Assembly (NCBI GenBank): GCA_004764695.1
Contig: SMSO01000007.1
Coordinates: forward strand, 2,301,270 to 2,365,269
Source: Schizochytrium sp. TIO01
Lineage: Eukaryota > Protista > Bigyra: Labyrinthulomycetes
Direction: 5' to 3'
DNA: 64,000 nucleotides
In this document: one piece after another, positions 1 through 11,030 of the stretch
Numbering within the stretch: position 1 is the stretch's first letter
How the letters are laid out: each line of letters begins with the position of its first letter
Notes under the pieces: model-generated
What the model was told of the DNA's origin: nothing
The model's database searches: none
Seen by the model: the letters and a program-made list of their open reading frames with translations, nothing else
Program-made: the position numbers and the translations under genes

Positions 1-2
1 GG

Positions 3-2795
3 CAGAAAGTTTCTTCAAAGAAAAGTAAATCAATTGCAGCAACATTTGAAGAACAGATCCGTTCTCTCATGAATGTCATTGACGAAACGCAATGCTCTTT
101 CGTACGCTGTATTAAGCCAAATGCTGCTCTCAACCCAGCTTGCGGTTTCGATCCAAAGTATGTGTCTCGACAGCTCAGTTGTCTGAGTATTCCACAGACC
201 GCCCAACTTCTGCAAGCTGGACTCCCAGGTCGACTATCTTATTCTGTACTACACCAAACGTTTGGCCCTATGCTTCGAGCAGAATTGCCCGCTCAATTAC
301 TGGAGCGTGTGACCAGCGATCCACTTTACGAGCAAATTGCTATCAAGTGTATACTTAGATCTCTCGGTGCCAATGACTCGCAGTGCAAATTTGGTAAAAC
401 TCGGATTTTCTTTGCCAATGGTGTCCTTGCAATGCTTGATGCAAAATTCAAGGCGATAGAGGCAGGGACGGAAAGTATTCCCAATACCCTCGTAGTTGAT
501 ATTGAAAGAGCCTGTGCTGTTCGTGCTGCCCGTAGCATCTTGATTAGGGTTGGTGCACTAAGACGCAGACGCCTCTGTCAACAACGTCGCACTGCACTAC
601 AATCTCATGTTTCCACAGTCTTACAAGCACACGTGAGACGAAAACTTGCTCAAAGAGCCTTCGCACGCAAAATAAATGCTATTATCACTATCCAGCGCAT
701 ATGGCGGACCCATGCAAAGGACGTAGCTTGTGCCACTAAAATTCAAGCATTTTTTCGGGGCAGAATTCAGCGCCAAAAGTTTATGTGCGTATGCCGTGCC
801 GTACGAACTCTGCAACGTGCATGGCAGCTCCGTGCTGACCTTTTCATCTATAGCTCCTCTGAAAATGGTACAGTGTACACGGTCTCGACAGACTCAGAAC
901 TTGGAGACGATTGGCACACCAGGATTGCAGAAGCGGATCTTCATCACGAGGAATACTTTTGCTCAAGCTCCAGTTCCATAAATCTATACAAGGTCAATGA
1001 TGATGAGTTGATGCATTTGCATCAGCATCTGCAACAACGTCCTTGTCAGGACAGCCATGCTGGTGGCGTGCCATTATCTTCAGGCTCCAACTACACTACT
1101 CGCCAATTGGAATCAAATAGTCGCGGATGTACTTCTATCGGAACCCATCTAGTTGGTAACCAGCAACGTCTTCCTGATGTATGTGAAGAAGAAGCAAGTG
1201 ATATAGAGACTTACAGCTTTCGCCAGCAAGATGTGGCTGTTGGACAGCAAATTCTTCAAGGGATCTCAAGTCAAGGTAAGGTTTATACAACCTCTGAACA
1301 ACACAGTAGAAACGTTGAGATGGAGACAAAGCAGTCAGAGGAAGAAATAGAAAGAGACAATGGGGGCAACAATGGTGATGACGAAGATAGCGAGGCATTA
1401 GTTCCTGATGCAGGGGTAGTACTCAATCACCTTGGAGAGGATGAAGACATTTACGATTCCGATGCAAATGGATATCATGCTGATGATGATGGTAATTATG
1501 TTGATGAAGATGACGAAGAGGAGGATGAGCAACAAAGAGAGGAGTCTGAAGGCAAAACTGGAGCAAATGATGATAGAACTGGGGTCTCAAGAAATGGATG
1601 CAGCAGTGAGACCTCACTGGGCGGACCACTCAGCATGTCGAATGTTGACCGCACTGGAGAAGGTGCAAGGCCACCTCAGCAATCCAAAGGAAGTCGAGAT
1701 AGGAATAATAATAGCAAGATGCAAAAGCTCAGGCCTTTTTCGGGTGGTGAACAAGTGGTATTATCGATTGCCGATGTAGCAAGTGATGCAAATTCGGGCA
1801 ACCATCTCCGTACAAAACGCCTCCATAGTCGCAATAGTATATCTAGGCAACGTGATAGTATACAAGGCAGCAACATCGATGAGAAGGTATTTGAAAACTC
1901 ATACGCTGGAGCGAACAGGCCCATCTCCCGTCAAAGAGGGTCTGTAGAGTTGCTACGAAAAGATGCAAAGCGTGAAGGCCCTGTGCCAGCCACAGGCACT
2001 AACATGACAACTTCAGAAGACCAAAAACGCAGACCTACAAATAGCAACGACGAGCTTACAACGATGCTAATGAAACTCTCTTTAAGTGACAATTCAAGTT
2101 CCAAACGAGGACCTTTTTCTTCTTCCAAATTGAGAAATTCTAAGGAATCGTCAACTACATCTTCCTCTTCGGGAACAAGCTCGTTTGCTGATACGATCAA
2201 AGGTCTGCAAGCCCAGGAAGGCACATTTGCGCAAATTGTGGATGATTACAATGCTAAGTCGCTTGGTAAGGGCAAGGGTAAAAAGCAAAAGGATCCCTCG
2301 CGCAAACGATCTTCTCGCAAGTTTAAGTTTCCAGCTATGTTTTCACTTAAGCACCGTGAGGAGCGAGTGGTCTTACGCAAGTTAAAGTCTGGGATGAGGA
2401 AAAAACATTACCGCCAGGTAATTGAAGCCCTAGTTCGCGCCAGAGAGCTTGGATTAAATGCACCAGAGGTTCTAGCTGCTGAGCACATGATTTACCGTGT
2501 AAAGACTTTGCATGCTCAACAAATTCTTCGAGAAGCTATGGTCATCAAAGAAATTGAGCCTCTCACCTATGCAATCGAACAGGCAATCCGTTTTGGTATG
2601 GGGAGAGATGATCCTCAAGGACTTTTGCGCGATGCAAAAGAAATGCTATCTGCACTGAACGCAAAACAACAACGTCGAAGCAATCGTCGAAAGAGTCAAT
2701 CTCTATCAGTAGGTCAAACATTAGCATCCCCTGCTCGCAAAAAGACACCAGGAACATCAAATGCAAATACTCCTTCGTATGCAACCACATCGTAA
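3..2795 (+). CDS. Myosin heavy chain, 5'-truncated by the window (end of motor domain, IQ motifs, long acidic/disordered tail)
   Basis: The frame is open from base 3. It carries myosin motor motifs 'FVRCIKPN' and 'FGKTRIFF', then IQ motifs (LQAHVRRKLAQR, IQRIWR, IQAFFRGRIQR, LQRAWQ). Confidence 0.92.
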   Translation, partial: QKVSSKKSKSIAATFEEQIRSLMNVIDETQCSFVRCIKPNAALNPACGFDPKYVSRQLSCLSIPQTAQLLQAGLPGRLSYSVLHQTFGPMLRAELPAQLLERVTSDPLYEQIAIKCILRSLGANDSQCKFGKTRIFFANGVLAMLDAKFKAIEAGTESIPNTLVVDIERACAVRAARSILIRVGALRRRRLCQQRRTALQSHVSTVLQAHVRRKLAQRAFARKINAIITIQRIWRTHAKDVACATKIQAFFRGRIQRQKFMCVCRAVRTLQRAWQLRADLFIYSSSENGTVYTVSTDSELGDDWHTRIAEADLHHEEYFCSSSSSINLYKVNDDELMHLHQHLQQRPCQDSHAGGVPLSSGSNYTTRQLESNSRGCTSIGTHLVGNQQRLPDVCEEEASDIETYSFRQQDVAVGQQILQGISSQGKVYTTSEQHSRNVEMETKQSEEEIERDNGGNNGDDEDSEALVPDAGVVLNHLGEDEDIYDSDANGYHADDDGNYVDEDDEEEDEQQREESEGKTGANDDRTGVSRNGCSSETSLGGPLSMSNVDRTGEGARPPQQSKGSRDRNNNSKMQKLRPFSGGEQVVLSIADVASDANSGNHLRTKRLHSRNSISRQRDSIQGSNIDEKVFENSYAGANRPISRQRGSVELLRKDAKREGPVPATGTNMTTSEDQKRRPTNSNDELTTMLMKLSLSDNSSSKRGPFSSSKLRNSKESSTTSSSSGTSSFADTIKGLQAQEGTFAQIVDDYNAKSLGKGKGKKQKDPSRKRSSRKFKFPAMFSLKHREERVVLRKLKSGMRKKHYRQVIEALVRARELGLNAPEVLAAEHMIYRVKTLHAQQILREAMVIKEIEPLTYAIEQAIRFGMGRDDPQGLLRDAKEMLSALNAKQQRRSNRRKSQSLSVGQTLASPARKKTPGTSNANTPSYATTS

Positions 2796-3091
2796 AATAC
2801 ATAATGATTGATCTTCTTTCTTTTTGAAGAGCCAAAAAACCCGGCTTACTCCGAACCAAGTTCTCCACTTTAATTAAAAACCATTAGAACTTGTGTAAAG
2901 GAAATAAACGATGAGAATCATGGTTGATTTAGTAAGATAAAAATAAAAGACTATATTTAAAATCTGAGAAACATCACCTACAGCTTTTGCTGCAAGCGAC
3001 ATTGGATTCATATTAAAAAGAGATGGTGTATCAACAGGTGATGATTAAAGTAGAGACACAGTAAGAGCTCTCATTGACCAAAAATATCGGT

Positions 3092-4139
3092 TTAGAGCTT
3101 GGAAGAGGCATCCTTGTAGCGCTCCAAATTGGCCATCACCGGGCCGAAAGAATCCTGGGTGGATTCCGGGTATTCGGGCTCGTCGTCATAGTTGGTGACC
3201 TGCTCCCAAATCTTCGACACGGCCTCCGGGCTGGCATCGCCAAACGGAAGGAAGCCGCCCTTCGAGCGCTGCCAACGCAACTCAGCAACCCAGCCAGCTC
3301 CAAGCTCATAAACCTGGCCAGAGCTTTCGCAGGACTCATGAGAGAGGTATGCTACAACTGGAGCGACAAACTCAGGGCGGAGAGCATCAACCATCTCCTG
3401 GGGCATGACAGTGGCAGTCATGCGCGACCCAGCAAGAGGGGCGATACAGTTACAACGAATGTTCTTGCTTGCACCCTCGCGAGCCAGGGTCTTTGTCAAA
3501 CCAAGAATGCCGAGCTTAGCAGCAGAGTAGTTAGCCTGGCCGAAGTTGCCATAGAGGCCAGCAGCACTTGCAACGTTGATGATGCGGCCGTAAGATTGCT
3601 TACGCATGTACTCCCAGGCTGCCTTGCTCACACTGTAGGTACCCTTCAAGTGAACAGTGTAAATGAGGTCCCAGTCTTTCTGGGACATCTTGTGAAAAGC
3701 CACATCGCGAAGGATTCCAGCATTGTTGATGACAATATCCACGCGGCCGAAGGCATCAACGGCAGTTTTAATGATCTTTTCGCCGAACTCGACAGAGTCA
3801 TAGTTGGCCACAGCATCACCACCCGCCGCCTTGATCTCGTCAACGACCTTGTCAGCAGCATTGTGAGAAGCTCCCTCGCCGTGTGTGCTGCCTCCAAGAT
3901 CATTAACAACGACCTTGGCGCCACGGGACCCAAGAAGAAGTGCGTCTGTTAAGCGAGAAAACAAAATTTGGTCATATCGAAGTCAGACATTTCCATCCTC
4001 CTGATCCTCTTCTAAGATTCATCCCTAACAAAGTAAAGAATTTAAAATAATAAAGGAGATCGTAAAACTTACACGCGCGACCGAGGCCGTTGCCAGCACC
4101 AGTTACAACAGCGACTTTACCATCAAAGCGGAGAGACAT
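3092..4139 (-). CDS. Peroxisomal (3R)-hydroxyacyl-CoA dehydrogenase, MFE-2/HSD17B4-type SDR domain only; two exons, 4139-4073 and 3945-3092 (~306 aa)
   Basis: Removing the GTAAG...TTAACAG intron (4072-3946) restores [57 protein letters not shown] (YxxxK) and a C-terminal SKL (PTS1) are present. Confidence 0.93.
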
Positions 4140-7100
4140 TTTGATTTTCTTCTTGTATTCTTTTTAAGTACACCTAAAGAGATTGCTGTATCTGTGGAAT
4201 GAATAAATAATATTGATCCCAAATTTGTCAGTTCAAATGGTCTGGTTAAATAAAACACAAACAAACACCGCGCACTCATGTTCTTTGTTGATGCTTATTG
4301 CTAGGAAAGGTATGGGTGAGTTTATGGGCAAGTAAAGGAATATCCCCCACATATTCGTTTGTCATGCCAACCTGAAACACAACAATTATTGTGTAGCTTT
4401 GGTGGCGTAAAGAGAGTACAGGGGTGTCTGGTCTAAACATTCGACCAAATTGGCAACACAACATGCACGCATGATCGTCTAGATAATGTTGTATTTACTA
4501 CAGGTTTTTAAAGTTCCAGAGATCAACAGGGAAGTCGTGCGATTGATTCACAAGGATGAATATTCAGTTCTGGTGGGCCTTTGCTCGTTACACAACTACT
4601 CGGGCGGGATATTTTGACCATTAAAGGCCATAGAGAACAAACAGTACATCACAACCGGAGTTATAATGACTTACTACCCCAAGAACCCACATTGGATTTG
4701 CCCTAGTTTTCAGGAACCGCTCGATACTCGCGTAAATTCAGGTTGTGATGCGAGAAAATGTATTCTGCGCAGGCACACAAGAGTCCCATGTAGGGAATGC
4801 AACTTCATATCCCGTGAACTCGTCCCAGTTTCCAGTCTTTCTTTCTTTTTCAAGCAGGAGAAGACCAACGCCTTCTTTCCGGTGCGCTAGAGCGTTGCAA
4901 TGCTGTGGATATCGTCTGCTTGCCTCAACTCGCAGATGTCCTTCCTTACAGGTGCATTCGACTTACCTTTGAGACGACGCGAAAGGGATCTGTTTGGTAG
5001 CGAAGATGTGCTTTCGGGGTTTGACCTGATCAATTGTTGAACCGATCTGCAAAATCCTTAGCTACCTCAGATGATTTGGAAAAGCCTTCTAGTTTCTGAA
5101 AACATATTACTGTTGACTTTACTCACTGTGTCAACTGCTAGGAGCCAGATACTCTATATTACGGTCAAAAGAATCGGTAATGGGTAAATTTTCCAAAATC
5201 ATTTCAAGTATGAAGCACTACTATGACAAACAATAGAAAGTCCTATTTGCCAGCTTTCCTCTTTTTGTTGTTATAAATGCGATATGGGCCTATACATGTA
5301 TATATTCTATGTGAAACTTTTTTAACTTAAAGGAAAAAAGAAAAAAAGTTGACATGGAGGAGGAGAGAAATATGAGTCAGAGTCCGTCACCAGCAGAACT
5401 TTTAAAACAAAGATTTGAACCATATATAGTTGCAGCCGCTGAGTGATCGTTGGGCTTAAGTTTCTTACCTAGTATTGAAAGATTTTAGCTCAGTACCTCT
5501 GAGTAGTCAGGGATTTCCAGTGACTTGAGTTCTCTCAATTAATAATAATGATGATTGTTTTTTTTGTTTGTTTTTTTAATTGTTTTTTTAAGATGGAAGA
5601 GATGGACGAATTACCGAAAGTCGTAATAGGATACCTATGGTAATGTAACAACATAAATAGCCGCAGGAGTAAGGTAGAATTAAGTATTCTAGCTTTGATG
5701 TAATGAAGCCGAGGAGATGATGAAAGCAAGGTAGAATCATCAATAATTAGGACGCAGCACTTTGTCCAGAGTGCTGCTTTGCACGAGAGTACCTCGTACA
5801 CCTGTAAAAAGACAGCAAGCGATTTAGAGCTGAGCAGACATTCTACCTTGCGGTCTTGCGGTATAAAGGATGACCCACGTTCCTTCCTTTTATACAAGCA
5901 AGGTTAGCGTGGCAAATCTGCTCTTACCCTCCCTACTTTGAGCCAATACAGCCTGTGACCTTTCCATGCTTCTCTCGCCATGCTCATCAAGTACCTATTA
6001 GAGTCTGTTGAAACACGCACGTTCGTCATTACATCTGACGTTCCGCTGTGTGCGAAATGAGATTTTCCTATTTTTGAAAACTACTCAGCTCCTATATATC
6101 AACGTAATAGAAGGTAGGTAGGTAGGTAGGTAGGTATTACTGATCCATCATCGAGTTCTTCCTCAGAGAATAACACTTGTGGCGGACTATGATTACGTAC
6201 ATTCATAAACTTAAGCTTCTACGAAGTCAAAGGTCTGAGAGGATTAGTCTCTGGCGAATGAGAGCGAATCTTTGCGGTTTCTTTGTTCTGGTCACTGTTT
6301 CAAGTAGTTAGCGAGCAGCAATTCCTTAAATTCTGAGGTAAATATTGCTTAGGTAAAAATCCAAACCCAAAAAATACTCATTGTGTTATGGTGTAGGTAG
6401 GTAGGTAGGTACCTCACCTACCAGATATGGCAAGGAAAACAAAGCAATTGATGTATCATCGGGAAAAAGAACAAGGGCTGAAGACCCGATTCTATTCCAT
6501 GACATCGATGAAAATTCAAACTCTGTAAAACAGAGTGCCAACCCAAACGGCTGGAATAATAGGCGTGGACAATTCTATGCTTTCCAGCGCAAGCTACACA
6601 AGCATTGGCCAGAGGTGACATCCGCAAATCAGACTTCGAGTCGAGCGTGACGTCTTGCCGGGTTTCGGACCTAACAGCCAATCTTCAAGATGTATTAGAG
6701 CTTATGCATGCTCCATGATTTCATTTTGTCATGGAGGATGGCTGACTGACCATTGTTTATAGTACCATTGAAGCACGTGAAAAAGAACGAAGACATAAAT
6801 AAATTCCCCGCTTGAAAAGGTATGTCCTGTACTGGTTGCTTTTCTTGATGCTGTTGGTTGGCTTCGTGGCGTGGCAGAACTATGCTTTGTTTATTTGAGT
6901 GAGTTCTGAACTTTGTCATTGCGATAGATACATTCGATTGTAAGGTGCTCGAACATAGATTATTCAATAAGCAAGGCGTTTTCTAACCCATTTGTTAATT
7001 TTTAGTTTAACTTTATACAGTACTAAGCACTTAGAGTGCTAGTTGAGTAGGAAAGAAAGATGGAGACCAGATATTCTTTGCTTTTACCGGCTTCGTCGTT

Positions 7101-7591
7101 GTTATCTTCACCACCGTTGTTCTTGTGTTTGTTCTTGTAATTGTCATTGCCATTTTTTATTTTATTTTTTCTGGAGAAATGATCCAGTTTCAAATTTAGG
7201 TATTACGAGGTACATTGGTGGGTAATTTGAGGTTCTACTTACAGACAATATTGTTACGAATTTTAAAGAACTCGCAAAGGTTTCTCAAATTATGATTAAT
7301 TCAATAATAGATAGACTAACGATTGTCAGTTTATAATTTCCTGTTTCCATGAACGACGAGTACAAAAATCCACCAAGATATCCTTCTTTTGGATAAGTTC
7401 TCTTAACTGCAATAAAGCTCAAGCAGGATAAGACATAGAATGGAAGAGCTTCGTATCCAGGAGAATGATTATAATGTCACAAAATAATAATAAGTAAAGC
7501 ACTAGTACTGGTCAAATAAGGAAAAAATAGTGCATTTCAGCTGAATATAAGACATATCTGTGCTGAGCATGCAAATGAGGCTACGAGTATC

Positions 7592-8671
7592 TTAGTTGCA
7601 AGGCTCATCGTCGTTTGCGGGCTGATTAAGTGATTTAAAATCATCTGGCTCTTGATGCGAAGGGAAAACAGTTTGCAGTAACGATTCGAGATCCCATGCT
7701 GTTGGATTGCTGAGAAGACAAAGCCTGTCGAATGCAGTTTCAAGCATCTCCCAGACCTCCGTCACAGCTTCAGAGCGAGGTACACTAGAATTATTTAAGC
7801 CATCAAGACGCTGTATGCTTTCTAACCACGGTATGGCCTCATCAAGGTTGTCGTCCTCTCCTTCCTTGCTGGGTGAAGGGGAGAGGTATTCGATGAGAGT
7901 TGGAACGCGTCTCATAGCAGAAAAGGCAAGTTCTTGAAGATCAGCTGTAAAACCTGACGAGCGCATTTCAAGCCCTCCATTTTCAGAATCTTGAACTTGG
8001 ACTCCCTCACGAGGGAGACTGTTCCTGATGTTTCCATCATCTTCTTCGACTTGTTCGTCTTCTGCGCCTCCATCGTCTTCGTCTTCATCTAGTGTCATGG
8101 CGCGATTCCGAGATGGCAGAGATTTGTCTCCGCGAGATTTGAAGTCTAACCTTCCCAGGCTTCGGCGAAGACTTTCACGAAGCTGGATTGGTTTTTTCAA
8201 AGCTGGTTTTATCCCTGCTGAAAGACACTCTCGAATGCTATTTTGGAGGACAGCCTGAATAAACTCTGGGGGTACTACAACCTCAGCCTCAACATCAGAT
8301 TTTCCGGAGGAACTATCAGCTCCCTGACCGCCCAACTCCCTAATAGAGACCTCACCAATGTCTTGACGGAAAGCAAGCGGTAATTTGGCAATACCAGGAT
8401 GAATCTCCTCAGGAATGCGTTTACGATACCTCTTGTAAGCCCAGAAGACAGAGAGTGGCAACGCCTTGCGCAACTTATCCTCTTGACGTAGTCTTCGAAG
8501 CTCGTCTGAAGTGAGTTCATGAGGACGAAATTGCTGCAGAGTGCCATCCCAGAGTTCGTCATGCTTTGGAGCGCAAACCCACGGGCCATGTCTTGCAAGC
8601 CATGCATCTCGTGCCTCATTTTGTGGAAGGCAGTGAACTTCAGGCGTATACTCGAAGTGAACCTTGCGCAT
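7592..8671 (-). CDS. Hypothetical protein, 359 aa
   Basis: Long ATG-initiated ORF with coding-like composition; no family motif recognised. Confidence 0.7.
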   Translation of the reverse strand: MRKVHFEYTPEVHCLPQNEARDAWLARHGPWVCAPKHDELWDGTLQQFRPHELTSDELRRLRQEDKLRKALPLSVFWAYKRYRKRIPEEIHPGIAKLPLAFRQDIGEVSIRELGGQGADSSSGKSDVEAEVVVPPEFIQAVLQNSIRECLSAGIKPALKKPIQLRESLRRSLGRLDFKSRGDKSLPSRNRAMTLDEDEDDGGAEDEQVEEDDGNIRNSLPREGVQVQDSENGGLEMRSSGFTADLQELAFSAMRRVPTLIEYLSPSPSKEGEDDNLDEAIPWLESIQRLDGLNNSSVPRSEAVTEVWEMLETAFDRLCLLSNPTAWDLESLLQTVFPSHQEPDDFKSLNQPANDDEPCN

Positions 8672-10007
8672 TGTGAGCTCCTGGTGTAAGTTAGGCTATG
8701 ACTTTTGTCCTTTCCGACAGTTGCACTCCGCGGGCGCTATGGTTGCTCGGGCGAAGGCGCGAGCAAGTGTCTCAGTGACGATGTCGACACGCGCAAGCTT
8801 GATGATAATGGTCAAAGTCTTCAAAGGCAAAGCACGGCTAGAACGAAATACTCAAGAGCATCTCACCAACACTCTCCTCTGTTTGGTTAGAACTTCGTTT
8901 TCGCTTTGCTGGTACAGTAGGTACCTAGGCATCAGCACTGCGCTAAAGTATAGAGGTGGCTCGACTATCCCGATTCTGCACGTGCCAAAAAGGAAAATTG
9001 CTCTATAACAAGTGAGAAAGAGGTAAAGGTAGTCTAGCTAGTAGTGTATACAAGAAATAAACGCAGCTCGATTGTTCAATTTTCTTTTTATCTCGTCGTG
9101 GTCCTAGGTAGGTAGGTAGGTACCTAAGGCCTTGTTTTTTATAGAGCCCCTTGTACGGTTAATGTGCTCTTCTGAAGGAGCTTTCTTCTTTGTCACAGTG
9201 ACTGCATATATGGTGGATGACTATATTACCTGCTATTACATGTAGTAGTAAGTACACCACCCTACCAACTAAAAGCTGAAAAAGGTAGAAGGTACTTACC
9301 TACGTAAATATGCTGGGCATCCCATACAATCATTTTAATTTAAAAAATAAAAAAAAAAGCATCATCGCCGAATTTTGCGCCAGGCATGCAACTTAGAATC
9401 TCGAAGACTGTACCTAGGTACCTACCTACCCCAGAAGTATATTATATTAGCATAAATGTCCTGTAATGATGGCTGGGGGATGGACTTTTAGACTGGTAAC
9501 TTGAAGATTTTACCTCATGTAAAAAGGTTAAACTACCTTCGCTTTTCTGAAGTACCTCTTATATTTTGATCTTCGAACTTATCGTCATCAGTACTTCATT
9601 CTAAGCAGGTTTGGAATTGAGCGAGAGTATTTGTGACATCTAGAGAAATGGGCAATGAACGTACAGATGGCGGTACGCAAATTGGCTAATATCCTACACA
9701 TGTATTCTTAATTGAGAAAAGATTCTCAGAAAAAGGTTTTCGTAGAAGTATCCTTTCACTCCTCTATGAGGATATGCAGCTTATTGCCTACAAGTTTATG
9801 CACCTGGATATGCATTTTAAAAGATCGGTATACCATTCCAAAAGAAAACCACCAACACCCACACAAAAGGCTTGGGATCGGAATTTGTTAAAGACGATTC
9901 AACTACAACAGGGAAGGTCCTCACAAGGCGAATTAGTCCCAGGATATAAGCAAACGAGGAAAGGAGTCCAAGAAATGATTCATAAGAAACAGACATTCAA
10001 AGTTTCT

Positions 10008-11030
10008 CTAGTACATGAAGACAGGGTTGGCTTTGGTGATAATGCGGTCCTCGCGGTCCATACCTTCCCGCATGGGCTTCGGGAGACCAAAAAGACCGCG
10101 GTGAGTAATACCATCATAGAAGCGAAACTTGGTAGAGGTAGAGCTCAATCGCTCCTCGATGCGAGCATCAATACGCTCCGGGGACCAATCGGCGTAGGAA
10201 CCACGCTCTTCCTTCTCAGGCTCGTTGAAGGCAATGTTGAATCCCCAGCACCCGGCAAAGGAAGGGATGTCTACACGGTATCCAAGAACGGTATCAAAAG
10301 AGGCCTTGAGGGTGTTGTGGATGGCAGTGAAGCACTCCTCGTAGTTGTAGAGAGAGCATGCTCCACTCTGGGTAACAATGACACCACTCGGGTTGAGCTT
10401 TGAAGCAGCATAGCGGTAGAACTCCTGAGTGTAAAGCACAATGCCGGGGCCTGCTTCGATGGGGTCAGCAATATCCATAATGATGACATCAAAGGTTCCC
10501 TCGTGGCGGCTCAAGTATGCGTGGGCATCATCGTAGATAACCTCAAGACGCGGGTCTTCAATGCATCCACCATGCCACTCCGGAAGGTGGTCCTTGCAGA
10601 GACGTACAACATCCTCGTCAAGATCAACCATGACAACACGCTCCACGCAGGGGTGGCGAAGGACCTCGCGGGCAGTAGCGAGCTCACCTCCACCGCCAAT
10701 GTACACGGTTTTGGGGCAAGGATGCAGCATCATGGCGGGGTGAACAAGCGTCTCGTGATACATGAATTCATCAAAGAGAGCGCTCTGAGTCTTACCATCG
10801 AGCACAAGGGTCTTGCCGAATTGCGTGGTCTCAATGACCTGCACATGCTGGAATTTGCTCTGGCCTTCGTAAAGAACACGCTCAAGACGGAGCTGTACGT
10901 CGTAGAACGGGCTGTTAGCCTCGTTGTAGCAAAGACGAGCGGTCTCACGGGGCACAGCCTTGACGTCGGGAGGAGCGCCACTACGGGCTACAGCAGAGTT
11001 GCTGCCCTCGGCTTCCTGAGTGCTCGACAT
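10008..11030 (-). CDS. Polyamine aminopropyltransferase, thermospermine synthase (ACL5)-like
   Basis: Motifs 'LVLDGKTQS', 'YHETLVHPAM', 'GGGGELATAREVL' (Glu, where spermidine synthases have GGGDG) and 'DIADPIEAGP..LYTQEFY'. First ATG is at 11030. Confidence 0.88.
   Translation of the reverse strand: MSSTQEAEGSNSAVARSGAPPDVKAVPRETARLCYNEANSPFYDVQLRLERVLYEGQSKFQHVQVIETTQFGKTLVLDGKTQSALFDEFMYHETLVHPAMMLHPCPKTVYIGGGGELATAREVLRHPCVERVVMVDLDEDVVRLCKDHLPEWHGGCIEDPRLEVIYDDAHAYLSRHEGTFDVIIMDIADPIEAGPGIVLYTQEFYRYAASKLNPSGVIVTQSGACSLYNYEECFTAIHNTLKASFDTVLGYRVDIPSFAGCWGFNIAFNEPEKEERGSYADWSPERIDARIEERLSSTSTKFRFYDGITHRGLFGLPKPMREGMDREDRIITKANPVFMY

Noticed and set aside
3074-3952. 292-aa ORF antisense to the dehydrogenase
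   Set aside because: It is a shadow ORF of a strongly codon-biased gene, starts at a non-ATG codon and has no recognisable motifs. The same applies to antisense ORFs at 10503-11090, 16958-17746, 21165-21809 and 36176-36715.
6113-6135. (TAGG)n read as an interstitial telomere repeat
   Set aside because: The unit is not TTAGGG or TTTAGGG, and the runs are short and dispersed.
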